IMG/VR virus record: IMGVR_UViG_3300032006_002122
Span: 1-63,293 of that record
From: a virus
Lineage: Duplodnaviria > Caudoviricetes
DNA: 63,293 nt
Direction: 5' to 3' (one strand)
The translations under genes and the position numbers were made by a program. Under the pieces are notes generated by a model, which saw only the letters and a list, made by a program, of their open reading frames with translations, searched no databases and was not told the DNA's origin. Positions 55,095-63,293 of this stretch are shown in pieces. Numbering within the stretch: the first letter of the stretch is position 1; each line of letters opens with the position of its first letter.

Positions 55095-55523
55095 TTAATC
55101 TCCCAATGTTGCAATTTTACCCGTTGAAGTAGACCACCACACACTTTCTATATTAAGGGCGGATAGTACCGATTGACAATCTCTGCATGGTTTTGCCATC
55201 TGTAGATTTCCATTTACAGATAGCCTTAAAGAAATCAGGCTCATTGAACTATCTATATGAACTTTTCCCCAAGCCCTTTGAATGGCATTAATCTCTGCAT
55301 GCATGTATGGGTATTTTTTCTGTTTCTCTGACCCAAATCTTTTTGCAAAGTATAGAGCCTTTGCAGACGGCTTATCGACAATGTTTTGCCCTATAGATAT
55401 AAGCCGGTTCTTCTTCCACAAAAAAGCAAAGTGGAAGGGCTGGTATTTTGTTTTTTTCTGATAGGATTCGGGAAACAGGCTCTTTGCAATAGCTATAGAC
55501 TTGTTAATGTTTTTCCTGTTCAT
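55095..55523 (-). CDS. Cytidine/CMP deaminase-fold protein
   Basis: HAEINAI and AKPCRDC zinc motifs. Confidence 0.8.
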   Translation of the reverse strand: MNRKNINKSIAIAKSLFPESYQKKTKYQPFHFAFLWKKNRLISIGQNIVDKPSAKALYFAKRFGSEKQKKYPYMHAEINAIQRAWGKVHIDSSMSLISLRLSVNGNLQMAKPCRDCQSVLSALNIESVWWSTSTGKIATLGD

Positions 55524-55692
55524 CTTTATTTTTTTTAATAGGGGTTATTCTTTCCCTATTTTCCCACTGAAGTCTTTCCACTTCTTTTTTTAATCGTCTG
55601 TCTTCTCTTATGTCACTCCTTCGCTCTAAGATTTTCTTTTTTGATCTTCTCTCTCTTGCCTTTTTCTTTCTTTCTTTTTGTTTTTTGGACAT
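55504..55692 (-). CDS. Lys/Arg-rich small protein
   Basis: 62 aa, highly basic; fills the gap between genes. Confidence 0.5.
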   Translation of the reverse strand: MSKKQKERKKKARERRSKKKILERRSDIREDRRLKKEVERLQWENRERITPIKKNKDEQEKH

Positions 55693-55936
55693 CTGGTAGC
55701 TCTTCTATTGATATGTTAATTTTATAAAATTTGCTTCCGAATAGGTCGCAATCTAGACTGTAGAATATATCTTCAGCGGTTATATTATCCTTATATAAAA
55801 GATAAGAATCTATTTTACCAAATAGTTTACCTTTGTCCCGCATGTTTAGATAAGTAAAAAATAATTCACCATCCTCATTATTCATGCAGTCTACTGAAGC
55901 CTTGAAAGAGACCGAATTCTTTTTTAGAATAGCCAT
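55613..55936 (-). CDS. Hypothetical protein
   Basis: Co-oriented ORF. Confidence 0.5.
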   Translation of the reverse strand: MAILKKNSVSFKASVDCMNNEDGELFFTYLNMRDKGKLFGKIDSYLLYKDNITAEDIFYSLDCDLFGSKFYKINISIEELPDVQKTKRKKEKGKREKIKKENLRAKE

Positions 55937-55938
55937 GA

Positions 55939-56250
55939 TTAATATTTCTTTTCAATTTTAGGATTGTATATTAGTCTGCCGTCTTTTCTTATTCTGCAAA
56001 AAAAGCTATGGCTTATTACAGTATCCTTAACAGGGGAGTCTTTTCTTGGTTTTTGAGTATATATATTAACTCTCCAGCTATCCCCATAAACATTAAAAAT
56101 TTTTATTTCAGATAACCCATCAGGCTTTCCGAGTTTATCTATAACATCTTTTCTTATTTTTTCCTCAAGATGTTTTAGGTCTATTTCAACCCTTTGGTGC
56201 ATTGGCTGTTGTTTTTTTAAATCTTTTTTCTTTTCCATGGTAGGATTCAT
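55939..56250 (-). CDS. Hypothetical protein
   Basis: NVYGDSWRVNIY...ISHSFF. Confidence 0.6.
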   Translation of the reverse strand: MNPTMEKKKDLKKQQPMHQRVEIDLKHLEEKIRKDVIDKLGKPDGLSEIKIFNVYGDSWRVNIYTQKPRKDSPVKDTVISHSFFCRIRKDGRLIYNPKIEKKY

Positions 56251-56480
56251 TTACGTCTTTCTTTTTCCATTATGGAAACAATCTTAGAAAGTTCTTCTGT
56301 TGTCAATATTACGTTTTGTTTAGTTATAACCTTTGTTCCATCGAAGCAGGTTTGTATGAAAGAAATCTCAACCTTGCCCTCTGACAAATATACCTGTGTT
56401 TCCCAATGCAAATCCCCCATGCTTTCGCTGCATTTGTATATTAGAGAACTCATAAAGCACCGTGTGTTGCGGCACTGCAC
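56247..56480 (-). CDS. Hypothetical protein
   Basis: Co-oriented; probable start at MSSLIY (ATGA overlap with fba). Confidence 0.45.
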   Translation of the reverse strand: MQCRNTRCFMSSLIYKCSESMGDLHWETQVYLSEGKVEISFIQTCFDGTKVITKQNVILTTEELSKIVSIMEKERRK

Positions 56481-57415
56481 TCTCTAGCACGTTCAATAAA
56501 TGAGCTTTGGGCTTTTTCTTTGTTTCCATTAGACCAGTGTTCAAGGCATTGTTTTTGAAGCTCTCTGCCAAACGAAAAAGAAACATACCACGGGTGAAGC
56601 TCTTCTTTATTTATTAAAGATAAATGTTCAGCGGCCTCGCCGTCTGGTTGTCCACCGCTTAAAAAGGCTATCATTGGAACCGCTGCTGGAACAGACCTGA
56701 GAAGACATCTCTTTGTAAAGTCTGCGGTAACTTCTCGTCTGTCCAGAGAATTCCAAAAATTAACATTGTCATATCCCGAAAGAACCATATTTGGTTTTAA
56801 TATCATTTCTTCCAAGGAAACATTTTCATAAAACAGCGCTTCAAAAACTATATTCAGGGTTCTCTCTGTTATCTCTAGGGAGTCCTCTATAGAGTGACCA
56901 CCATCCATGATAACTTCTGGCTCAACTATTGGGATCAAACCCTGAAGCTGGCTTTTTTTTGCGTATCTGGCAAGTGTGTAGGCATTTGCTGTTATTCCGC
57001 CAACACTGTTATTCGGGTTAATTACACCTCTCCACTTAGTAAAAGTGGCTCCGAGTTTCCTGTACTCTTCAAGCCTCTCGTCGAGACCGTCCATTCCCTC
57101 GGTGAGTTTTTCGCCCCTCTTGTGATTATCGTAAGGAACTGCACCTTTGTCAACTTTTACACCTAGTAAAATTCCCTTGTCCCTAAGTGGTTTAATGGTT
57201 GCTTCTGTTCTTATTGTTTCATCAAATAGAATAACTCCGCTAATATAGTTTTCTATACCGGGAGAGCTAAAAAGAGTTTGTCTATAGTCATGTCTGCTCT
57301 CTGGGGTAGACTCTACACCAACGGACTTAAGACGTTTTGCTATGGTGGGGGAACTCTCATCTGCTGCAAGAATTCCTTTTCCAAATATACTTATTCTAGC
57401 TATCGTGTATACCAT
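56450..57415 (-). CDS. fba: Fructose-bisphosphate aldolase class I
   Basis: GKGILAADES, ISGVILFDET, KVDKG, KWR, PIVEPEV, LKPNMV (Schiff-base Lys), FLSGGQ, FSFGR. Confidence 0.95.
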   Translation of the reverse strand: MVYTIARISIFGKGILAADESSPTIAKRLKSVGVESTPESRHDYRQTLFSSPGIENYISGVILFDETIRTEATIKPLRDKGILLGVKVDKGAVPYDNHKRGEKLTEGMDGLDERLEEYRKLGATFTKWRGVINPNNSVGGITANAYTLARYAKKSQLQGLIPIVEPEVIMDGGHSIEDSLEITERTLNIVFEALFYENVSLEEMILKPNMVLSGYDNVNFWNSLDRREVTADFTKRCLLRSVPAAVPMIAFLSGGQPDGEAAEHLSLINKEELHPWYVSFSFGRELQKQCLEHWSNGNKEKAQSSFIERARECSAATHGAL

Positions 57416-57422
57416 AGTTACC

Positions 57423-58454
57423 TCACACATTGATATCATGCACTCTATTTACTCTAACAAAAGTAGCGCATTTTGGCAAGTCTTTTAGTGTTCTTGCTCC
57501 AACATAAGCACATGCACTTCTAAGCCCCCCAGTTATTTCCTGAATAACATTCATAACTGGTCCTTTGTATTCAACGGATGTAGATTTTCCTTCAGAGGTT
57601 CTGTAGGTTCCAACCCCTCCGTTGTGGGCTTTCATTGCATCTTCGCTAGACATTCCGTAAAACTTTAATGACTTATTCCCGTCTTTATATTGCCACTCTC
57701 CCTCGCATTCATCTGTACCCGCAAACATTCCTCCAAGCATTACAAAATCAGCACCAGCAGCAAACGCCTTAACGACATCGCCGGGGTGTCTGCAACCTCC
57801 ATCGGCACAGATATGTCCTCCTAGACCGTGAGCAGCATCGGCACATTCAATTATTGCAGAAATTTGTGGGTATCCGCAACCTGTTATCCTTCTCGTAGTG
57901 CATACACTTCCCGGCCCAATACCAATCTTTACTATGTCTGCGCCTCCGCTGATAAGAAGTTCGCTAACCATTTCTGGTGTACAAACATTCCCAGCCATAA
58001 TACATGAATGAGGAAAACTATCTCTGATTCTTTTAACATGGTCAACAAAAACTTTTTGATACCCATTTGCAACATCAATACATATCTTGTATACTTCTGA
58101 CCAGCCGGGATCTAAAACACTGATTAGTTTCTCTACATCCTCTTCTTTTATACCTATTGTATAAAAAGTATTTAATCTCGTTGCTTTGCCAAAGAAGTCA
58201 ACAAGGTCATCTAAGGTGTAGTATTTATGCAAACACGTTTGCATTCTTTCCTGTTCCAGTTGATCCGACATAGCAAAAGTACCAACGGTATCCATGTTGG
58301 CAGCAATTATAGGAACAATGGTTTCAGTTATACCGGAGTTTAAATAGCGATATGTCTTCTCAATGTTAACACCAGACCTGCTGCTTAAAGTCGACCTCTT
58401 CGGTCTAATTAGAACGTCGTTAAAATCCAGCTTGATTTCATTTTCAATAATCAT
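57423..58454 (-). CDS. guaC: GMP reductase
   Basis: DVLIRPKRSTL.SR, IAANMD, DVANGY, GIGPGSVCTTR, ADGG, SEGK. Confidence 0.95.
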   Translation of the reverse strand: MIIENEIKLDFNDVLIRPKRSTLSSRSGVNIEKTYRYLNSGITETIVPIIAANMDTVGTFAMSDQLEQERMQTCLHKYYTLDDLVDFFGKATRLNTFYTIGIKEEDVEKLISVLDPGWSEVYKICIDVANGYQKVFVDHVKRIRDSFPHSCIMAGNVCTPEMVSELLISGGADIVKIGIGPGSVCTTRRITGCGYPQISAIIECADAAHGLGGHICADGGCRHPGDVVKAFAAGADFVMLGGMFAGTDECEGEWQYKDGNKSLKFYGMSSEDAMKAHNGGVGTYRTSEGKSTSVEYKGPVMNVIQEITGGLRSACAYVGARTLKDLPKCATFVRVNRVHDINV

Positions 58455-58477
58455 AATTAAATCTTCCGCATACACAA

Positions 58478-58509
58478 TAAAAGACCGGCGACTAAAGCCA
58501 CCGGCCTTT
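58478..58509 (-). terminator. Probable rho-independent terminator
   Basis: GGCCGGTGGC-TTTA-GTCGCCGGTC stem (G-U pairs) followed by TTTTATT. Confidence 0.6.
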
Positions 58510-58537
58510 AGTTAAATTCGGCGGATAAGGTCGTATG

Positions 58538-58780
58538 CTACCCTTTATTAAACTTTAGTCTACTAGACTTATATCTACTGGGATCTGCAAGACCATTGTC
58601 TATACGATCTTCGTCAGTAACATAATAACCATGCTCATCTTCAAGGACAACTTTTTTATCTTTATTTAGCTCGCCAGTTTTTTCCTCATCAATCATGGAT
58701 GAGTGACTACCAAACCTAGTTGGATACTTATACGCTTCCTTTTTGGCTGGTATCCTGTTTTGACTACGCTGCCGGGCCAT
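58538..58780 (-). CDS. Hypothetical protein
   Basis: GGAG RBS; 80 aa. Confidence 0.6.
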   Translation of the reverse strand: MARQRSQNRIPAKKEAYKYPTRFGSHSSMIDEEKTGELNKDKKVVLEDEHGYYVTDEDRIDNGLADPSRYKSSRLKFNKG

Positions 58781-58782
58781 TG

Positions 58783-59361
58783 TTAACTCCGTTTACCTGC
58801 CAACTCATCGTTAATTCCATAAACCTTGTCAAAATCAAAGAATCTCCACCTGTTAAGGTGATCTACTTCAGATTCGCTGCAATTAACTTCGTTTAAATAT
58901 TCAAGCAACTCTTCCCAATCACTAAATATCAAATCATGAGGTACAACTCCAAACATCCAATTTGGTGCGTTGTGTTTACCCTGTTTGCACCTTATCAGCA
59001 CTGGTTTTCTTTGTGAAAGTGCCAAGAACGCTTCATGATAAGATCCGCATAGATGAACATCCATGTCGATATTCATAATAATGAAATGAGCAACGTCAAC
59101 CATTCTTAAATCTACAGAGCATATTGGTTTCATTGTTGCTGCAACAGCTTCGTAGTTTCTGCTGTCTTTGTGATATTCAATTGCAGTTCTTGTTTCTTCG
59201 TTTTCCTCTGCAAAATTGCTAGGTTTGTCGCATGGGTTAAAAACTCCTATACCCCAGTTCTTTAATCTTTTGGAGATATGTTCTCTCCACTCAGTGCCGC
59301 CATCTGGAACTCTGTCCATTGGTCCGCACAGATAACAAGTAGTGCCTTTAAGTCTTCTCAC
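58783..59361 (-). CDS. Nucleoside 2-deoxyribosyltransferase/N-glycosidase-like protein
   Basis: YLCGPM, WR, FNP, DLRMVD, GSYHE..LA...KPV. Confidence 0.78.
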   Translation of the reverse strand: MRRLKGTTCYLCGPMDRVPDGGTEWREHISKRLKNWGIGVFNPCDKPSNFAEENEETRTAIEYHKDSRNYEAVAATMKPICSVDLRMVDVAHFIIMNIDMDVHLCGSYHEAFLALSQRKPVLIRCKQGKHNAPNWMFGVVPHDLIFSDWEELLEYLNEVNCSESEVDHLNRWRFFDFDKVYGINDELAGKRS

Positions 59362-59614
59362 TAGATTTTCCAGATATATTTTCTGCCCATTGTGCTAATT
59401 CTGAATTACTCAGAGGTTCGCCGGTCCATATATCTAAACCCTTTTCATATCTTTCGGCATAAAGTTCAATAAGAGGTGCTTTTTCTTTATCGTAATTTTC
59501 TTTCGGGTCTGCCCCTGCGCTTTTATTGAATACTGCCTTGGTATTTAAAAACTTATACAGACCATGCTCTACCGTTCTGTCATAAGTTTGGTCAAAGCCC
59601 CTAAGTTTTCGCAT
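59348..59614 (-). CDS. Hypothetical protein
   Basis: Co-oriented ORF. Confidence 0.55.
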   Translation of the reverse strand: MRKLRGFDQTYDRTVEHGLYKFLNTKAVFNKSAGADPKENYDKEKAPLIELYAERYEKGLDIWTGEPLSNSELAQWAENISGKSSEKT

Positions 59615-59855
59615 CTACCTTCTCCACTACTTCCAGATCCTTTATCCCAGAAATAGAGAAGGACTTATACTCACTCTTTTTATCCGTTGACCGGACATCA
59701 ATAGTTACAAACGGGCCTTTCGGCCCAAAGCCAAAGTCGGTAAGTTTTCCTTGTCTCTCTTTCTTGTTATATGTGAATCTTATTTCTTTGTTATCGTCAT
59801 AAGCCTTGCTAAGAATTGGTTTAAGGCTATCAAACATTTCTCCGCTAATTCTCAT
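59601..59855 (-). CDS. Hypothetical protein (SH3/WYL-like)
   Basis: IRFTYN...YKSFSISGIKDL pattern. Confidence 0.5.
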   Translation of the reverse strand: MRISGEMFDSLKPILSKAYDDNKEIRFTYNKKERQGKLTDFGFGPKGPFVTIDVRSTDKKSEYKSFSISGIKDLEVVEKVDAKT

Positions 59856-59857
59856 GG

Positions 59858-60334
59858 CTATCCCTTTTTAAATATGTCCTTAAGGAGTTCCTCAACGCTG
59901 GTGTATTCGGCATCAGCTACTTTCTCATTAACTAGCTTAATAGCGTCTGCCTTTTTATATCCATAGTTGATGAGCGCCCAAGTGCAATCTTCAACGATTT
60001 CCTTACTAGTCTTAGTGTCGCCTTGCTCACTTTTGTTAAAGATGTTTTCTAAAACCCAGTCTCTAGACCTAGCGTCTCCTGTCTTAGCTTTTTCTACAGC
60101 AGCTTCGCATATCTCCTGCCAATCATTTTCATCAAATGTTTTTGGCTTAGGTTTAGTCTTAGGTTTGGGTTTCTTAGTTTTTATAATTTCAGATTTTTGT
60201 AGTGTCATCGCAGGTGTCTGGTTTAATACTCTATTTCTACTATCAACAATTTCTTTTCCTCTTTCCGAACAAAGGGCAGAAAAAAAACCAAACGATATGG
60301 CAACTAACATGAAAAATAACCAGACAAATTCCAT
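59858..60334 (-). CDS. Membrane-anchored protein with C-terminal RuvA domain III-like module
   Basis: N-terminal TM; EDCTWALINYGYKKADA...SVEELLKDIFK. Confidence 0.6.
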   Translation of the reverse strand: MEFVWLFFMLVAISFGFFSALCSERGKEIVDSRNRVLNQTPAMTLQKSEIIKTKKPKPKTKPKPKTFDENDWQEICEAAVEKAKTGDARSRDWVLENIFNKSEQGDTKTSKEIVEDCTWALINYGYKKADAIKLVNEKVADAEYTSVEELLKDIFKKG

Positions 60335-60384
60335 AAAGTCCCCCTTCAAATAAGTAACATTTGAAGCTAAGAAGTCTATGGTCA

Positions 60385-61236
60385 TTAGTTATTCTTCCAT
60401 CCTTCGTCTTCAGAATCAAAGTCGTAATCGGAATCAGAATCGTTATCCTGAGACATAAGGGTGTGCATAAAATCTGCGAATTGTTCTGGAGTCCAAGCGT
60501 CCCCATCTTCGCTGCTATGCAACAGACTCTTAAGTGGTCCTTCATAGTCAGCAATAACCTGATATTCACAGGTGCGAACTTTCTGGCATTCGCAATCGGT
60601 TGGGACCGAAACAACGTCCTTCGGGTTAACCTTGACAATGACTACACGGTCACCGGCGTGTTCGGCCCGGTAGCTTTCGACGTACTCCAATGCCCCGCAG
60701 TGAAGTCCATCAGAGCATCCAACACCACAGTCATCGTTAACCTTGCGTCGTTGCATGCTAACAGTTTGACCAACGCTATTATCAATCTCTCCGGTCCACT
60801 TGTCCTTGTAGTCATCAGTAACTGCTTTGTATGCAAGGAAGCAACCATCTTCTGTGATGGGAAGATTCTTATGCTCAAGGAACGTATAGAGTTCCTGAAC
60901 AGCACGGTTGCTGTGGTTTTCCAAGACATTGGCCAAGAACTTAATCATAGGCTCGAAGGGGAATCCTGTGCGCATCATTCCCATAATACGATCAGTAAGG
61001 CTGTTGTGGATCTCCTCACCGTCATAGCGAAGAACCCCATCGGTAACAGTGACCTTTCCTTCTGCGTAATCTTCAATAGCGGAGGGAATGTCGATTAGCT
61101 CTTCAATCTTAGACTCATCATTATTGACGACACATTCTTTAATCGCCATATAATTAGGATGATCGTATCCAACAGTGTAGCTTTTGTTATCAACCACAAT
61201 GGTCATAACACCAGTTCCGCTAACAATGTAATTCAT
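60385..61236 (-). CDS. rIIB: rIIB-like protein
   Basis: ITEDGCFLAYKAV, CSDGLHCG..EY, VKVNPKDVVSVP.D...KVRTCEY; start refined to MNYIV. Confidence 0.88.
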   Translation of the reverse strand: MNYIVSGTGVMTIVVDNKSYTVGYDHPNYMAIKECVVNNDESKIEELIDIPSAIEDYAEGKVTVTDGVLRYDGEEIHNSLTDRIMGMMRTGFPFEPMIKFLANVLENHSNRAVQELYTFLEHKNLPITEDGCFLAYKAVTDDYKDKWTGEIDNSVGQTVSMQRRKVNDDCGVGCSDGLHCGALEYVESYRAEHAGDRVVIVKVNPKDVVSVPTDCECQKVRTCEYQVIADYEGPLKSLLHSSEDGDAWTPEQFADFMHTLMSQDNDSDSDYDFDSEDEGWKNN

Positions 61237-61284
61237 CTCAACATCTCCAAAGAAAGGAACAGTGTCTACCCTTTGTTGGGTAAG

Positions 61285-61347
61285 TGGTTGTACAGGAATC
61301 GAACCTGTATTGTCTTGAACCCATAAAGACGTTAACACCAGTCAACC
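61285..61347 (-). ncRNA. Degenerate tRNA-like element
   Basis: Perfect T arm ACAGG-TTCGATT-CCTGT, GGTTG/CAACC(A) acceptor-like pairing, GTCTT/AAGAC stem with a 9-nt loop; no D stem. Confidence 0.5.
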
Positions 61348-61361
61348 TACCTTATTATAGC

Positions 61362-61790
61362 CTATTCTCCACCAGAGTCAATCTTCTCGATTTTTTTATC
61401 GAAATCTGGCTTCTTAATGACATCGGGCTTAACCGGCATGGGCTTATCGGTAGGGAATAATTCTCCCTTTTCCATCTTAGCCATTTCTTCGCTTTGGTTA
61501 AGTCCGTGCTGATAACCCTCATGCCAAACAGAATGATAATCCTTGGGGTTAGTAAGGTATTCAACAATGCCTTCCATTCTGCCTTGGTTCCTCATGCCCT
61601 CTTCATTCTCTGTGCTGAGCTTATTAAGCATGACATGGGTGATTTCATTTGCCCACTCTTGGTTAATATCACTTCGGGTGTCTGATAATTTAATCAGACG
61701 TTCAAGGTGGGAATTTTCCCTGTGAAGGTGAATTCCATAGTTAATCAATGTAGCTACAGTAACCGATAGTGCGATGATAATTTTATTCAT
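61362..61790 (-). CDS. Membrane-anchored hypothetical protein
   Basis: N-terminal hydrophobic helix; WHEGYQHG. Confidence 0.6.
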   Translation of the reverse strand: MNKIIIALSVTVATLINYGIHLHRENSHLERLIKLSDTRSDINQEWANEITHVMLNKLSTENEEGMRNQGRMEGIVEYLTNPKDYHSVWHEGYQHGLNQSEEMAKMEKGELFPTDKPMPVKPDVIKKPDFDKKIEKIDSGGE

Positions 61791-62034
61791 CTGTTTGTTT
61801 CCTTACTTCGACTTCTTTGTCAATTGTTCGTTCTACGAACATTCCTAACATAACTAATTCTTCTACACTCAGTTTTCTAAACGCCTTCTCTAATTTTCTT
61901 CTCCTGTTTTCCCCTTGTAGTAATTTAATAACTTTTTCTACTACACGTCTTTTGCTCATGTAGTCAGTTTCAGAAGGGTTAAATAGCCTTATGTCTTTCT
62001 CCTTAAGGTCTTTCCCTGAGACATGCTTAGGCAT
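61783..62034 (-). CDS. Hypothetical protein
   Basis: Probable start MPKHV after AGGGAG. Confidence 0.5.
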   Translation of the reverse strand: MPKHVSGKDLKEKDIRLFNPSETDYMSKRRVVEKVIKLLQGENRRRKLEKAFRKLSVEELVMLGMFVERTIDKEVEVRKQTDE

Positions 62035-63293
62035 TACTCTCCCTTTCAATAAGGTCAACATAACGGGCCAGTTCTTCAACCATCTCCTCTTCAATTCCGT
62101 AATATCTTTTGGACAACATTTTAATCAAGGGATACTTATCAAGACATGTTATAAGGTGGGTCTTGTGTTTGTTATCAACCTTGTCAGGAAGTGTTTTGAA
62201 AATCCTGCACAGGTTGTAAGTATCTTCTGCCTTCTTCTCTTCCTGTTGCTTATCATAGTATTCTTTGAGAGCAACAATCTGTCTAAGACCATTGTTTTCA
62301 GTAGTAGTCTTACGAGCAACTTTCTTAATCTCTTTAACGTCTATCCCAAGATTATCAAACATATCCCTGACAGACATCCTGTCTTCGATAAGTTGCTTAT
62401 CTTCTTCACTAATATTTTTAGCCACCTTTTGGGCAAGCTGAGTAATGTCAACCCACTTACCTTCCGAGTTAACCAACTTCTGGAACTTAGCTCTATTCCA
62501 AACGACATTCTTGATACCATAAATCTTATCTTTATCAATGTCGTAACCAAGAGCAATAAGATGGTCTACGACTTGACCAAGAGTAGTGAGGTCAGGAAAC
62601 ATTCCATGCGTTTGGGTAAGTTCATAGCGGTCAATCCTTACGAAATAACCACCATCATTAAGATCAATATCAACATCAGACCAGTTCTGACCTTTCTTCC
62701 AACTATAAGTCCTGCCATTCCATTTGGCAACGCTGGTGCGTTTTTCTGCATCGTAAGACCTATTACTAATAGGCTTATCAAGGTCAGAGGTCTTATTGAT
62801 GTGGCTTTCGTCGCATCCCACTAGTTCGCGGAACTTAGCAATAGCCTCATCCGTACCAGTTACCCTGTAGACCTTAAACTTGCTATCACCATGTTCATAC
62901 CTGCCACTGGAGGTATTCTCCTTAACATGATGCTTAATACGACTGATTCCACCACGCTTAAGGTCGTCAACAAAGATGGCGGCATTAGGGTCTACTAGCA
63001 GTTTGCTAACATGGTCTGTTTGGACTGCTTTCTTCCAACCATCTCTATAATAAACCCTAACAGACAAACCTTCAATGTCCCCAATGAAAATCTGACTAAA
63101 GTTATTATCAAACAGGTCGGTATTGTTCCACTTAATACCAGTGGCATTAATTGTCTTGGAGAGTCCACCAAGCAAGCCACTACTTCTGGTAATATTAACA
63201 TGGGCAACTCTAGCATCCCAGAGGGTCTTTGCCTCTGAGATAGATTCTTCAGCTACACGTTGAGCTTTCTCTCTAATCTCAACACACTTCCTA
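62027..63293 (-). CDS. rIIA-like protein, C-terminal part (5'-truncated by window edge)
   Basis: Frame is open to the window end (RKCVEIREKAQ...AKTLWDAR...); long ORF upstream of rIIB; diagnostic N-terminal ATPase domain lies outside the window. Confidence 0.55.
   Translation of the reverse strand, partial: RKCVEIREKAQRVAEESISEAKTLWDARVAHVNITRSSGLLGGLSKTINATGIKWNNTDLFDNNFSQIFIGDIEGLSVRVYYRDGWKKAVQTDHVSKLLVDPNAAIFVDDLKRGGISRIKHHVKENTSSGRYEHGDSKFKVYRVTGTDEAIAKFRELVGCDESHINKTSDLDKPISNRSYDAEKRTSVAKWNGRTYSWKKGQNWSDVDIDLNDGGYFVRIDRYELTQTHGMFPDLTTLGQVVDHLIALGYDIDKDKIYGIKNVVWNRAKFQKLVNSEGKWVDITQLAQKVAKNISEEDKQLIEDRMSVRDMFDNLGIDVKEIKKVARKTTTENNGLRQIVALKEYYDKQQEEKKAEDTYNLCRIFKTLPDKVDNKHKTHLITCLDKYPLIKMLSKRYYGIEEEMVEELARYVDLIERESNA

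Noticed and set aside
61237-61338. N-terminal extension of rIIB in the ORF track
   Set aside because: It runs through the tRNA-like element; a GGAG RBS precedes the ATG at 61236
60361-62824. Long plus-strand ORFs 60361-61098 and 61991-62824
   Set aside because: They lie antisense to the rIIB and rIIA-like genes and are explained by codon bias; no RBS or motifs seen
1-63293. Stop-codon reassignment as seen in some large phages
   Set aside because: Conserved genes are full length in the standard code, and TAA, TAG and TGA all occur as real stops; no suppressor tRNA seen

Overview
A 63-kb fragment of a large, AT-rich dsDNA bacteriophage, probably a jumbo phage. It is densely coding, and essentially every real gene lies on the minus strand, often with ATGA-type overlaps, in the standard genetic code. 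From left to right it contains: a glycosylation island (1-11.7 kb); a replication/recombination block with SSB, an intein-less split DnaE interrupted by exonuclease and UDG genes, a Cas4/RecB-like nuclease, dNMP kinase, primase, DnaB and RecA (11.8-25.2 kb); nucleotide metabolism genes (PhoH, dUTPase, NrdJ, dCMP deaminase); a cassette of secreted/membrane proteases with holin-like genes (35.5-41 kb); a phage sigma factor; a second glycan cluster; a compact Lys/Arg catabolic operon (Lat, ArgZ-like dihydrolase, aldehyde dehydrogenase, minimal HglS/HPPD-like VOC protein); tRNA-Arg(UCU) and tRNA-Ile(UAU); class I aldolase and GMP reductase; and rIIB/rIIA-like genes with a degenerate tRNA-like element between them. 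No capsid, terminase or rRNA genes were recognised. All functional calls come from motif recognition by eye, not database searches. The best candidates for an undescribed system are the basic-amino-acid catabolism operon and the protease/holin cassette.
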